Below, in pieces: positions 1 through 9,513 of a stretch of 64,000 nt of DNA (position 1 is its first letter; each line of letters begins with the position of its first letter). The DNA is from an uncultured Desulfocicer sp. (GTDB taxonomy: Bacteria; Desulfobacterota; Desulfobacteria; Desulfobacterales; SURF-7). The stretch lies in contig CAYTGW010000001.1 in NCBI GenBank assembly GCA_964437395.1, forward strand, positions 4,153 to 68,152, read 5' to 3'. The position numbers were made by a program, and so were the translations under genes. A model generated the notes under the pieces. That model was not told where the DNA came from, did no database searches, and was given only the letters and a program-made list of their open reading frames with translations.

Positions 1-747
1 TCATGATGATCTTTTTTCCTTCAGGGCTTTATGCATCCTGCGCAATTCTTCCGCCTCATCACAGACCGGCTGAAATTCACAGCTTTCGCAGTCAAAATCA
101 TGATCCTCTGTCATCTTGGTCATAGCATTGATCAATTGCATAAACCGGTCCCCGGTCTGTTTTAATTCAAGAACATCATGATTGGATGAGGTGACAAACA
201 ATATTTCAACGCAATCCACATAATCCAGGGATTTTAATTTCTGCATCATTGCGCTTCCGAGAATGGGCAGGGAAAATCCGCTGTTAACCGCTTCCCGGCT
301 GATTCGGCTCCATTCTCTCATGTACTGGGATACGGCCCGCATCATATATCCTTTCAGGGAAATATCATACCGGGAAAGATCCATTTCCCGGAACCGGGGA
401 TAGCTGTTTTCCTCGTCAAATCCTGTGCCACCGATCAGAACTACCCTTCCAAAGGGAAGACGGTCTGAATCAGCCTCACCAATATCCGGACCCAGAAGCG
501 AAATTTTTCCATCATGCACACGAGTCAGGTCATTTGTCCAGACCAGGAAGGAAACCGATTGATCCTTGGGGTTACCCAGTTCCACGCCGGTATCGGATTG
601 CAGGATGATATCTCTCGAACCTGCTGCCGGCCATGAAATTTCCGGGGAAGACGGATATTCCCGGATGCGAAAAGAAGTCCTTGGCTTTTGCATGAAGGTT
701 CTGACTTCTTCAATAATACTATGAAAGAGCTGCATGTTATTGTTCAC
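1..747 (-). CDS. Hypothetical protein, last gene of the BCR/HGD-like operon. The central region resembles the N-terminal domain of acetyl-CoA synthase beta (CdhC/AcsB). C-terminal CxxCxxxxxC motif.
   Basis: Complete 248-aa ORF with its stop at 1-3. Its start overlaps the end of the upstream ATPase gene. The stretch ISLLGPDIGEA..LPFGRVVLIGGTGFDE matches CdhC/AcsB N-termini from memory. CESCEFQPVC lies near the C-terminus. Confidence 0.45.
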   Translation of the reverse strand: MNNNMQLFHSIIEEVRTFMQKPRTSFRIREYPSSPEISWPAAGSRDIILQSDTGVELGNPKDQSVSFLVWTNDLTRVHDGKISLLGPDIGEADSDRLPFGRVVLIGGTGFDEENSYPRFREMDLSRYDISLKGYMMRAVSQYMREWSRISREAVNSGFSLPILGSAMMQKLKSLDYVDCVEILFVTSSNHDVLELKQTGDRFMQLINAMTKMTEDHDFDCESCEFQPVCDEAEELRRMHKALKEKRSS

Positions 748-1519
748 TCATCCGGGATGCAATCAATGCAGCACCAAGGGCGCCGGTTATTTGAGGGTCG
801 ACATTTTTCATGGAATGAACCGGTTTTTTCAAAGAGGTTGAAAGAGCTGCAAACAATCCTGAATTTTTGGCAACCCCTCCGGTCATGATAATATCATCTT
901 CTGTTCCGATGCTGAGCACCATGGAAGCGACACGTCCTGCCATGGCTGCGTGAAGCGCCTTGATGATATCCGGTACAGCCCGTCCCTCATTGACCAGTGA
1001 AACCACTTCTGTCTCGGCAAAAATAACGCACTGGTTGGAGATAACGAGTTTTTCAGTTGACCGTGAGGAGATTTCTCCCATGTCATCCAGGCTGACATTC
1101 AGGGCATCGGCCATAACCTCTAAAAAGCGTCCGGTTCCGGAAGCGCATTTGTCATTATAAAGATACCGGACAACATTTCCGTTTTCATCCATTCGAATGG
1201 CTTTTGCATCCTGCCCACCGATATCGACTACCGTTCTGGCTGTTTGCAGATTCCAGAACGCTCCCCTTGCATGGCAGACAATTTCAGATTCGACTGCATT
1301 TGCAAAGGGAATCATCTCCTTTCCATAACCGGTGGCAACGATTCTTTTGATTTTCTCCATGGAGAGTCCGGAATCGGCAAGTGCAATGGCCATAGCTTCT
1401 TTGGCAGAATCAACCGGATTTGTCCCTGCTCGGACTACACCTTTTCCGATAACAGCATTGTCTTCCATTATTATAGCCTTTGCCGAAAGAGAACCAATAT
1501 CACATCCAGCTACGATCAT
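737..1519 (-). CDS. BcrAD/BadFG/HgdC-type ATPase (activase, or electron-transfer subunit of a 2-hydroxyacyl-CoA dehydratase / class I benzoyl-CoA-reductase-like enzyme)
   Basis: 260 aa. N-terminal GCDIGSLSAKA, internal DIGGQD, KCASGTGRFLE and TGGVAKN motifs typical of this acetate/sugar-kinase-fold ATPase family. Confidence 0.85.
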   Translation of the reverse strand: MIVAGCDIGSLSAKAIIMEDNAVIGKGVVRAGTNPVDSAKEAMAIALADSGLSMEKIKRIVATGYGKEMIPFANAVESEIVCHARGAFWNLQTARTVVDIGGQDAKAIRMDENGNVVRYLYNDKCASGTGRFLEVMADALNVSLDDMGEISSRSTEKLVISNQCVIFAETEVVSLVNEGRAVPDIIKALHAAMAGRVASMVLSIGTEDDIIMTGGVAKNSGLFAALSTSLKKPVHSMKNVDPQITGALGAALIASRMSEQ

Positions 1520-1520
1520 T

Positions 1521-2312
1521 TTAGGACCTCCCGTTTACACTTTCCATTGCAAAAATGGCTGCACCAATGGCCCCGGCAATCTGGGGATCAGCCTTTCTCA
1601 TCTTTTTAATATTTTTGCCCAGAAGCTTTTCCAGGTCTTGAACCACACCCTCATTTTTGGCAACCCCTCCGGTCATACAGACATCCTGTTCAATACCGAC
1701 ACTGTTTGCCAGTATGGCCACTCTTTTGGCCATGGCACTGTTCACCCCGGCACCGATATCTTCTATTTTGTGTCCGGAATTGATATATTTGATAATATCT
1801 GCCTGTGCCCAGACTGTGCAGGTTGAGGAAAGGGTAATGGGTGCCGTTGATTTGGAACTCAGGCTTCCCATGTCCTCTATGGGTATGTTGAGAAGGCGTG
1901 CCATTACTTCCAGAAAACGGCCGGTTCCGGATGCACACTTATCATTGGCAACAAATTTTACCACATTGCCGTCTTTATCAAGCCGGACTGCCTTACAATC
2001 CTGACCCCCGATATCAATGATGGTTCTTGCACCTGGATTCAGCCAGCGCGCACCTTTCCCGTGGCAGGCGATTTCAGAGACATCCTTGTCCACAAATGAA
2101 ATGTTTTTTCTTCCATATCCGGTGCCGACACAATATTTGATTTCATCCATGGAAAGACCCGCTTTTGATAATGCTTCCTGCATAACTGCTTCCGCAGAAA
2201 GCTGCGGGTTTGTTTTGGATCGGAGAAGTGCGGAGCTGATGATTCTGCCTTTTTCCATGATTACTGCTTTTGCGGTTAAAGAACCAACATCGCATCCTGC
2301 AACGATACTCAT
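1521..2312 (-). CDS. Second BcrAD/BadFG/HgdC-type ATPase subunit
   Basis: 263 aa paralog of the neighbouring ATPase (GCDVGSLTAKA, DIGGQD, KCASGTGRFLE, TGGVAKN). Two different ATPase subunits fit a BcrA/BcrD-like heterodimer. Confidence 0.85.
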   Translation of the reverse strand: MSIVAGCDVGSLTAKAVIMEKGRIISSALLRSKTNPQLSAEAVMQEALSKAGLSMDEIKYCVGTGYGRKNISFVDKDVSEIACHGKGARWLNPGARTIIDIGGQDCKAVRLDKDGNVVKFVANDKCASGTGRFLEVMARLLNIPIEDMGSLSSKSTAPITLSSTCTVWAQADIIKYINSGHKIEDIGAGVNSAMAKRVAILANSVGIEQDVCMTGGVAKNEGVVQDLEKLLGKNIKKMRKADPQIAGAIGAAIFAMESVNGRS

Positions 2313-3709
2313 AACAACCCCCTTACATTTAAAAATTCATCCAGTCGCGCAGCCGTGGCCTCCCAGGATTCAACCCGGTCATCAAAAGCATCCCCATACA
2401 TGATATGCGTCGGATATCCGGCTTTTTCCAGATCCTTAGCGATCAGTTTTACATTGGACCATGTATTTCTGCATCCGGGGGTACCATTATAGATAAGACA
2501 GTCCGCCTTGTAAATTTTGGCAAGAGCCAGAGATTCCTCCAGCCACATGTTCGGCCGGTCATAAGGACCACGAATGGTTCTGACCATGGTCATTCGTGAG
2601 TTGATCATCGCGATGCTGTCGATCATGGTGTCAAGACTGGTGGTATCGATGTTGTAAGCAACATCCTTCATTCCTTTGACATAGGGAGAATCATCCTTGA
2701 AGGAACGGCTTAAAATACTTCCGATATGGTTGATCTCACGCTTGTCGAGCCAGTTCCACAGGTTGAGATTCAGGGCATAATGATCAATATAAAATAAAAA
2801 AGCCCGTAACTTTTCCTTACCTGAGGAGATGCCGGATCAGCCCAGCTCGGCATGATCCCGGACGACCTTTGACATTTTTTCCAGAATTTCAGTGTACTCA
2901 GGCATTAATACAAAAAAAAAACGTCCACCGTAAATCAAAAAATTGTAGGTTACCGGAAGTGGACTGGGTACAATCCGTTGCAACTCTTCCATTTCACCTA
3001 CTATGGCTTCCTGCCTGGCAACCTCATCCAGCACCTTTCCAAGCCGGTCATGGTCCAGTTTTTTTCCAGTCTGTTCCTCCAGAAATTTGATCAAGGCTTT
3101 GAAATCATCTCGATGGTATTGGTTAACTTCCGGGTCATTGAGGCTTGCCGGATAATTCAGGGAGTAGAATGGTTTGTCCAGAAAGGTTTTGGCAAAAGAA
3201 AAGGCATTTGCATTGGTATCACAGATCCCCGCTGTATTGATTACAAGCATATCGATTTCTTCACCCATTCCTGCCAGATAGGCGCCAAGGCATCCTCTCT
3301 GGGAAGAGCAGGAGGTTTCGGTAAAACCAAGCTCTACGCAGAAGTCCATGTACTCGGTGGCCCCGCGTTTCCACATGACCGATGCGAGAACCGTGAGAGC
3401 TTCGAGTGTAACCGGTACAATATCCATTGCATAAAAAATGGTTGGCGAAAAACAGAACGTAGTCATTACAATTTTTTTCCCTTGTTCGTGGGCTGTTGTA
3501 ATGTTCTTCAGATACTTGCTGAGCATTTTGAAAAAAGCACTGCCCGGGTCACCTAGGTTGATAAAAGGCTCTACAATCCCTCTGAAATAGGGAATATAGG
3601 GCAACATACGTCTGTATTCTTTGTCAAACCCATCAGCTACTTTTGATGCAGCTTCCAGGGTACGCCAGAGCATCCAGTCAAAATTATACTCATATACTTC
3701 CGGTCTCAT
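2309..3709 (-). CDS. HgdA/HgdB/BcrB/BcrC-family subunit. It is one 466-codon reading frame interrupted by a single in-frame TGA at 2837-2839 (selenocysteine candidate or nonsense mutation).
   Basis: ORFs 2837..3709 and 2309..2671 are in the same frame. My hand translation of the 55 codons between them (2672..2836) found no further stop. The C-terminal part carries the family's conserved distal motif (ADCLIYNGTPGCRNTW, equivalent to IRFCDLHG in the paralog), so both halves are needed for a full-length subunit. Confidence 0.6.
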
Positions 3710-3733
3710 GTTATCTCTCCTGAGTTAAGATTT

Positions 3734-4870
3734 TTACACCATCCGTTCCAGGAATGCCTCAATGCGCATTTTCATCCTTCCGGTTTCGGTCAGCGGTCCA
3801 TATTCCCGTTCAAGCCTCAGGCAGGGGATTCCCATTTTTTCAAAATCCCGTTCAAAAAGTCCGTTTTCGGAACCATGCAGATCGCAGAACCGTATATTCT
3901 GAAGAATGATTCCTTCTACACCGGTTCTTTTGATTTTTTCCTTTAACAGATTAAAACGATGGTTGTATGCGCCGAACATTCTCGGACAGACAGAATTGGA
4001 AAGATAGTGCTTTGTTAGAGCTGATATTGGCGCATCTTCCATATTCACCTGATCTGCTTCACTTCGAATTCCAAAACAGATATTATCCGCAACTACAGTA
4101 GAACCGGCGTTTTCAATCAACCGGATAAGCTCGATGTCGTCATTGATGCTTCCGGCCACCATAATCCGTTTGCTTCCATTTTTCGAACTTGTTTTTTTTT
4201 TGGGTAGCTTTGAAAGTAGTTGTTCAAGTTTTTCGTTAAACGTTTCTCTCGGCATAACCGTTCCGGCAACGGCTATTGAAAAAGCATCTGTCCCTGAAAT
4301 CCTTATATCTTTCTTTGATCTGAGTTTTTCAATTTCCCAGAGAAGCATTCTGCCGTGGTTGTATATGGATATTGAATTTTTTAGATTCTCTTCGGTTATT
4401 TTCACACCATAATAGCTTTCAATATTTTGGATCAGTTTCCGAATTTCATTTTCAAACCATTTCATTGCATGGGGATCGGTTTTATGGGGAACATCAAAGT
4501 AGTGAAAAAAACCGGGTATGGAGCCTTGATAATCCTCTCCGGCTTTACGCCAGCACTCATCCAGTCTGCGCATGGCGTCACATCCGGTGGAGATGACGGC
4601 GCCGCTTAAAAAACTGAACTTTCCTTCTCCTGCGAGCTGGAGCAGACACTTGGGAAAGGTGCAGACATATGGCCCGTAATAGGAATCCCCGATTTCCATG
4701 CTTTCTGTGGTAATTCCCCGTATCCGGTAAGGCAGTATGTCTGCGGCATGAAAGATTTCAGGGGGCATGAATGAACAGGTATACCCGACGATTTTTTTGC
4801 CGTTGTTCAACCAGTCAGTAATATACCGGTTGGTTATTCCGGATGCAGCTTCTTGAAATATTTCCATCAT
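3734..4870 (-). CDS. HgdA/HgdB/BcrB/BcrC-family subunit (2-hydroxyacyl-CoA dehydratase D-component / BCR catalytic subunit-like)
   Basis: 378 aa with the distal motif GIILQNIRFCDLHG and the overall family pattern. Its stop lies 25 nt upstream of the next subunit gene. Confidence 0.8.
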   Translation of the reverse strand: MMEIFQEAASGITNRYITDWLNNGKKIVGYTCSFMPPEIFHAADILPYRIRGITTESMEIGDSYYGPYVCTFPKCLLQLAGEGKFSFLSGAVISTGCDAMRRLDECWRKAGEDYQGSIPGFFHYFDVPHKTDPHAMKWFENEIRKLIQNIESYYGVKITEENLKNSISIYNHGRMLLWEIEKLRSKKDIRISGTDAFSIAVAGTVMPRETFNEKLEQLLSKLPKKKTSSKNGSKRIMVAGSINDDIELIRLIENAGSTVVADNICFGIRSEADQVNMEDAPISALTKHYLSNSVCPRMFGAYNHRFNLLKEKIKRTGVEGIILQNIRFCDLHGSENGLFERDFEKMGIPCLRLEREYGPLTETGRMKMRIEAFLERMV

Positions 4871-6360
4871 AGTTGCACCTCCTTTGGTTGCAACAAGGAC
4901 TGAATCGCTTCTCTGGCATTTTCAATTGCCGGCCCCTCATTTTTTTCTACAGGCAAAAGCCAGTCACAAGCAAGTGTAACCAAATGGGGAAGAACGATAC
5001 GTCCAAGTGGCTTAAGGCTCTGGCCGATATCGCCAATGATTCCGCTGACCGCATCCTCAACTTCGTACAGATCGATACTGTCTACAATTTGAGAAATCAT
5101 GGAAGGTAACAGTTTCCGGTTATTTTTACGTATTCGATTGATCAATAGAGATGATAAATTAACAATCTCGGCAATTTCAGCAAAGTCCAATTGTGAAAGG
5201 GTTTTTGAGAAGGCATCGGAGGTCTCTTTTTCCGGAAGATCGCACATCAGTGCGGCTTTGCGACTCATGGTTTTGATGGCAGGATTGTAAAGAAACTGTG
5301 AACGGCTAATTGACTCAAGTATGATTTGGGGGTTGTCTTTTAAAATTTTAAAAATCTTAGCTGTAACAGTCTCTTTTCCGGAAGCAAGTCCTTCCCGCGC
5401 CCGGAATAGTTTTTCAATTTGAACAGTAGATGAAAAAGCATCCAGAAAACCCGATATATCCCGATTCAGGCCGGATGAGCCAGAATCACCGATCAGTGAG
5501 CTTCCGGTATCCAGTTTTCGAATCAGTTCAGCAAATTCATTAACGGTCTGCCCGAGATTTTTAGCATCCATATCCCGGAAGCAGGAAAGAACTACATCGG
5601 CAACAAGATCCGGGGCGAGGTTGTTAAATCTGCCAATAAACTCATTGATTGTTTTGATCAGAATATTGGCAATGGTTGGTAAATATGAGACCAGGAGAAC
5701 GACTTTTGCCGGATACTTCCAGATTACATCGTTGATCATCTTTACCGTTTCACCCGAGATACCGGACACAGATTCGAGGAGTTCCTTAATCTCGCCAAAA
5801 TCAGTATCCTCAATCCATTTTGTGACACCGGGTTTTATGATCTCATTTAGAAAGCCGGGTGAATCCGATTGTGTGCGGGATAGCACTCTTGCCCAGGTAG
5901 TTATCACTTTGCCGGTTCTTCCGGTAAATATTCCGGAAATTAATTTGCCAAGGGCTTTTTGTTTTTCTGTTAAAGGAAGACTTTCCAGCCCCTTTCCGAT
6001 CTCATCTGCAAGATCAAAAAGCACATCCAGAATTTTGGGAAGCTGGTCGGCCATATTTTGAATGCGATCGGGATTTCGAAACAGCTTTGCCAGATCGCTT
6101 TGACCCAGAATATCTTCTGGCCTTGATAATCCGTTTTTTATATTTTTTCCAATGGCCCGGGTCGTTATTTTTTTTGCAAAATTGTTACCTGCCCAGGCAT
6201 TGAGCACTTCCGGAACTGCATTGGCGATAATCGTTCGGATTTCCCTTGTATTCATGAGTTCTGTCAGCAGTATGACTGCCGGATCGTATCCATTCGTGTC
6301 AGAACCTTTCTTTTTATGAATCCCTTGTCTGGGTGTTTGTTGCTGTTGTTCAGTATGCAT
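4867..6360 (-). CDS. Hypothetical 497-aa protein with no recognisable domain, embedded in the BCR/HGD-like operon
   Basis: Long ORF whose stop overlaps the start of the downstream gene (4867-4870). The sequence looks helix-rich. I see no motif I can name. Confidence 0.55.
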   Translation of the reverse strand: MHTEQQQQTPRQGIHKKKGSDTNGYDPAVILLTELMNTREIRTIIANAVPEVLNAWAGNNFAKKITTRAIGKNIKNGLSRPEDILGQSDLAKLFRNPDRIQNMADQLPKILDVLFDLADEIGKGLESLPLTEKQKALGKLISGIFTGRTGKVITTWARVLSRTQSDSPGFLNEIIKPGVTKWIEDTDFGEIKELLESVSGISGETVKMINDVIWKYPAKVVLLVSYLPTIANILIKTINEFIGRFNNLAPDLVADVVLSCFRDMDAKNLGQTVNEFAELIRKLDTGSSLIGDSGSSGLNRDISGFLDAFSSTVQIEKLFRAREGLASGKETVTAKIFKILKDNPQIILESISRSQFLYNPAIKTMSRKAALMCDLPEKETSDAFSKTLSQLDFAEIAEIVNLSSLLINRIRKNNRKLLPSMISQIVDSIDLYEVEDAVSGIIGDIGQSLKPLGRIVLPHLVTLACDWLLPVEKNEGPAIENAREAIQSLLQPKEVQL

Positions 6361-6424
6361 TGGAAATCATCCCCCCCTGTACGGTTTTGGTTTGGCAGGC
6401 ACACAATCAGTATTTTGTTCATCA

Positions 6425-7714
6425 TCAGGCTGTAATATGTTTTGCCAGTCTTTTTCCCAAAGCAACAAGTGTAAACGTGGGCGGTAGTCCCCATGCCTCC
6501 GGAATGACCGAGCAGTCGCAGACATAGAGGTTTTCATATTTGGTTTTCAGGTCTGAATCCACAATATCGCCTACCTTGACGGTTCCGCCGGGATGAGCCG
6601 CGATATACCAGCTTTTGAAAATATCTTTGGCTCCGGCGTTTTTCAGAATCTGTTTTGCCCGTTCATATCCTTTTAACAGTTTTGCCTGGTCATCTTTTCC
6701 CAGACTTTTCCGGACACCTCCATTATAGGTTACCCGTCCACCCAGGCTGTCCTTTGCCTTGATCATGATCTGCAAGGTGTTACCATGTGAAAAAAGCTTG
6801 TGGAATCGGAAAACTTCAGCGGCAAATAACATGTACAGCGTACGGGGGATGGTCATATCGGTCATGACATAACCCTCTTCTTCCATATGAATTCCTGTTG
6901 CCATGGGAAATTCCTTTCCGCCGTTTAGATCCCTAACGGTTCCCATTACGGAAATCAAAGGATCATAGAAGTAGTCATACCCTGCACCGTATATTCCGCT
7001 TTTTCTTAAAATCACGGGAGATCCGATTCCTCCGGCGGATAAAATGATTTTCGGTGCAAAAGCCTGATAGCTTGAGCCCCATTTTTTATATTCAACACCA
7101 ACAGCAGTATTGTTTTCAACAATCACCTTCTGTACTTTTGCACGGTTAATCAGCGTTGAACCGTTTTCAATTGCTTTCTCGACATAATTTCTGGCGTTCC
7201 ATTTGGCTCCATAAGGACATCCGTAATCGCAACGCCAGCACCCTGCTTTGCACTTGTCCTGATAAACAAACTTGGGAAGCTTGTTCCAGTCATAACCCAG
7301 CTCTCTGGCACTCTGCATGATCCGTTTTGCTCCAGGGCCAATCAGTTCATCTTTCAGCGGCTCGGTAGGAAGCTCTTCCCGAATCTCTTTGATCTCCGCG
7401 CTGATATCCAATCCATAGGATTTTAACATCTCAACAGGCGGTTCAAATGCGGTTGCATAGAAGTAAACAGAACTTCCTCCAGTAGTGATTCCCCTGACCA
7501 TGGCAAGCGCCTTGTTCGTGATCAGAAGGCTTCTTCCCGGAATTCCTGCTGTAATGGCGGTTTGCCAGTTTGTCCCCCGTATACGCCAGTTATCCCCCCA
7601 TTCCAATATGAGGACCTTTTTGTTTTTTTCGGCAAGTTCTTTTGCAACAGTTGCCCCTCCGGGGCCGGATCCAACAACGATAGCATCATAAGGGGTACGG
7701 GAGATGGTATCCAT
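6425..7714 (-). CDS. GMC-family FAD-dependent oxidoreductase
   Basis: DAIVVGSGPGGATVAKELAE dinucleotide-binding motif at the N-terminus and HPGGTVKVG near the C-terminus. I moved the start to the internal ATG at 7714, which follows AGGAGG at a 7-nt spacing. The ORF-track start at 7786 is unlikely. Confidence 0.8.
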   Translation of the reverse strand: MDTISRTPYDAIVVGSGPGGATVAKELAEKNKKVLILEWGDNWRIRGTNWQTAITAGIPGRSLLITNKALAMVRGITTGGSSVYFYATAFEPPVEMLKSYGLDISAEIKEIREELPTEPLKDELIGPGAKRIMQSARELGYDWNKLPKFVYQDKCKAGCWRCDYGCPYGAKWNARNYVEKAIENGSTLINRAKVQKVIVENNTAVGVEYKKWGSSYQAFAPKIILSAGGIGSPVILRKSGIYGAGYDYFYDPLISVMGTVRDLNGGKEFPMATGIHMEEEGYVMTDMTIPRTLYMLFAAEVFRFHKLFSHGNTLQIMIKAKDSLGGRVTYNGGVRKSLGKDDQAKLLKGYERAKQILKNAGAKDIFKSWYIAAHPGGTVKVGDIVDSDLKTKYENLYVCDCSVIPEAWGLPPTFTLVALGKRLAKHITA

Positions 7715-7768
7715 GGTATTGCCTCCTGGATTTGTTTGATGGAAAGAATCAATGTTTGTCGATTGTCG

Positions 7769-7799
7769 ACAATTTATACCGTGCATAAATTGTTGTCAA
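7769..7799 (-). promoter_or_regulatory. Candidate sigma70 promoter (TTGACA-16 nt-ATAAAT) with overlapping palindromic operator candidates, upstream of the GMC/BCR-like operon
   Basis: The minus strand reads cTTGACAacaatttatgcacggtATAAATtgtcgacaatcgacaa. A 9-bp perfect inverted repeat ACAATTTAT-N7-ATAAATTGT spans 7769..7793. A second repeat, TTGTCGA-N3-TCGACAA, spans 7756..7772. Confidence 0.4.
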
Positions 7800-7830
7800 G
7801 AAAAAAAATTTGAAAAAATCGATCTGGTTT

Positions 7831-8607
7831 TCAGACCTTAAACTCACCATGTTTGCCGATGCCTTTTGCAAATCGATCTGCTCCGGCAAGGGTTTCCCCG
7901 CTGTTGATTACCTTCATTCCACGGTTGAATTCATTTTGCAGCGCATCTTCAAGGGGCAGGCTCCATTGCTCATAAGCACTCATTCGGTCACTTCTCATGC
8001 AGGTTTGAGGAAATCCGGCTATGGTGGCTGCTAACTCTTCTGCTGCATCGATCCCTTGTCCGTGACCAACAACCCGGTTTACCAGTCCAATGGAAAGAGC
8101 CTCATCGGCTTTAACCGGGCGGCCGGTTAAAATCAGATCCATGGCACGGCTCATTCCAATCAGTCTGGGTAACCGGATGGTTCCTCCATCAATGAGCGGC
8201 ACCCCAAAACGGCGGCAGAACACACCCATTATAGCGGTTTCTTCCATGACCCGCATATCGCACCATAATGCCAGTTCAAGTCCGCCTGCTACAGCATAAC
8301 CTGCGATAGCGGCAATTACCGGTTTTGATAATACCATCCGGCTGGGACCCATTGGGCCGTCACCTTCTGCTGCCAAGGTGTTGAATCGTCCTTCAGCATG
8401 ATTGGCGACTGCCTTCAGATCCGCCCCGGCGCAAAAAGTGTTTCCAGCCCCAGCCAGAATTGCAACATCAGACTCCTTATCTTCTTCAAAATCGCGGAAT
8501 GCATCAGCAAGCGCCTTGGCTGTGGGGCCGTCCACCGCATTTTTAACTTGTTCACGGTTGATGGTAATCCGGCAGATATGATTTTTTTTCTGAGTGGTTA
8601 CAAGCAT
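7831..8607 (-). CDS. Enoyl-CoA hydratase/isomerase (crotonase) family protein
   Basis: 258 aa with the AGAGNTFCAGADLKA oxyanion-hole motif and crotonase-family length. Confidence 0.85.
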   Translation of the reverse strand: MLVTTQKKNHICRITINREQVKNAVDGPTAKALADAFRDFEEDKESDVAILAGAGNTFCAGADLKAVANHAEGRFNTLAAEGDGPMGPSRMVLSKPVIAAIAGYAVAGGLELALWCDMRVMEETAIMGVFCRRFGVPLIDGGTIRLPRLIGMSRAMDLILTGRPVKADEALSIGLVNRVVGHGQGIDAAEELAATIAGFPQTCMRSDRMSAYEQWSLPLEDALQNEFNRGMKVINSGETLAGADRFAKGIGKHGEFKV

Positions 8608-8622
8608 GTTTTTCTCCGATAA

Positions 8623-9384
8623 TCAGCAGTTGAACTGCCTTGCAAGGTCTTGATATTTCAGTTGGGTACCGCCGAAAATATCCAGGGCGCTTCCGACTGT
8701 AAAATCGATGTATCCTTTTCCAAGTTTTTGAATTTGATAGATGTCATCCATTGAATGAATTCCACCTGCATAGGTGATGGGAATTCCTTTCCATTTTCCA
8801 AGGAGCTCGACCAGGGAAATTTCAATTCCACTGCATTTCCCTTCCACATCAACCGCATGGATCAGATATTCATCACAATATCGGGACAGCTTGTCCAGCA
8901 GACGGAAATCAATGACTTCCCGGGTAAATGTCTGCCAGCGATTGGTAACAATGATATAGGAATTTTCCTTTTTCCGGCAGCTCAAATCCAGGACCAGCCG
9001 ATTTTTTCCAATGGAATCTGAGAGCCTCTTCAACCGGTCCATATCAACGGTTCCATCATGAAAAACCCATGAGGTTACAATAACCGCAGAGGCACCCGTG
9101 TCAATCCATTGCCGGGCATTGTCCAGATGAATTCCGCCGCCGATCTGCATTCCGTCCGGCCAGGCTTGAAGGGCTTCTTTTGCGGCTTTTTCATTACCCG
9201 GGCCAAGCTGAATCACATGCCCTCCGGTCAGGTGATCCTGTCGATACAAAGACGCAAACCATCCAGCCGGTTTTTCAGCCTGAAAATTGGTTGTGGGGCT
9301 TTGGTCTGAACTGTCGGTCAGGGTGGAGCCGACAATCTGTTTGACAACGCCCTGATGAATATCAATACATGGCCGGAAGCGCAT
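8623..9384 (-). CDS. HisA/His6-type (beta/alpha)8 isomerase-like protein (ProFAR isomerase family)
   Basis: 253 aa. N-terminal RPCIDIHQGVVKQIVG and C-terminal GGI..D motifs recalled from the eukaryote-type HisA (His6) family. Confidence 0.65.
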   Translation of the reverse strand: MRFRPCIDIHQGVVKQIVGSTLTDSSDQSPTTNFQAEKPAGWFASLYRQDHLTGGHVIQLGPGNEKAAKEALQAWPDGMQIGGGIHLDNARQWIDTGASAVIVTSWVFHDGTVDMDRLKRLSDSIGKNRLVLDLSCRKKENSYIIVTNRWQTFTREVIDFRLLDKLSRYCDEYLIHAVDVEGKCSGIEISLVELLGKWKGIPITYAGGIHSMDDIYQIQKLGKGYIDFTVGSALDIFGGTQLKYQDLARQFNC

Positions 9385-9513
9385 GAATTTTTGGTCTCCT
9401 TTTCAATTCTCTCTTGAAAAACAAATCAGATATTGTATGGAATAGTAAAAATGCTCAATTTATTCAAGAACTGATTCTTTGATATTTTTTCAGGAAGTCA
9501 GGATAAGGATAAC

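Noticed and set aside
2786-2812. A CGGGC followed by a U-run (CGGGCUUUUUUAUUUU on the minus strand) after the in-frame TGA, which looked like a rho-independent terminator that would make the two ORFs separate genes.
   Set aside because: I could not find a complementary GC stem upstream. The best is a 4-bp GUAA/UUAC stem. The downstream ORF lacks its own RBS, and it encodes the missing C-terminal half of the family domain.
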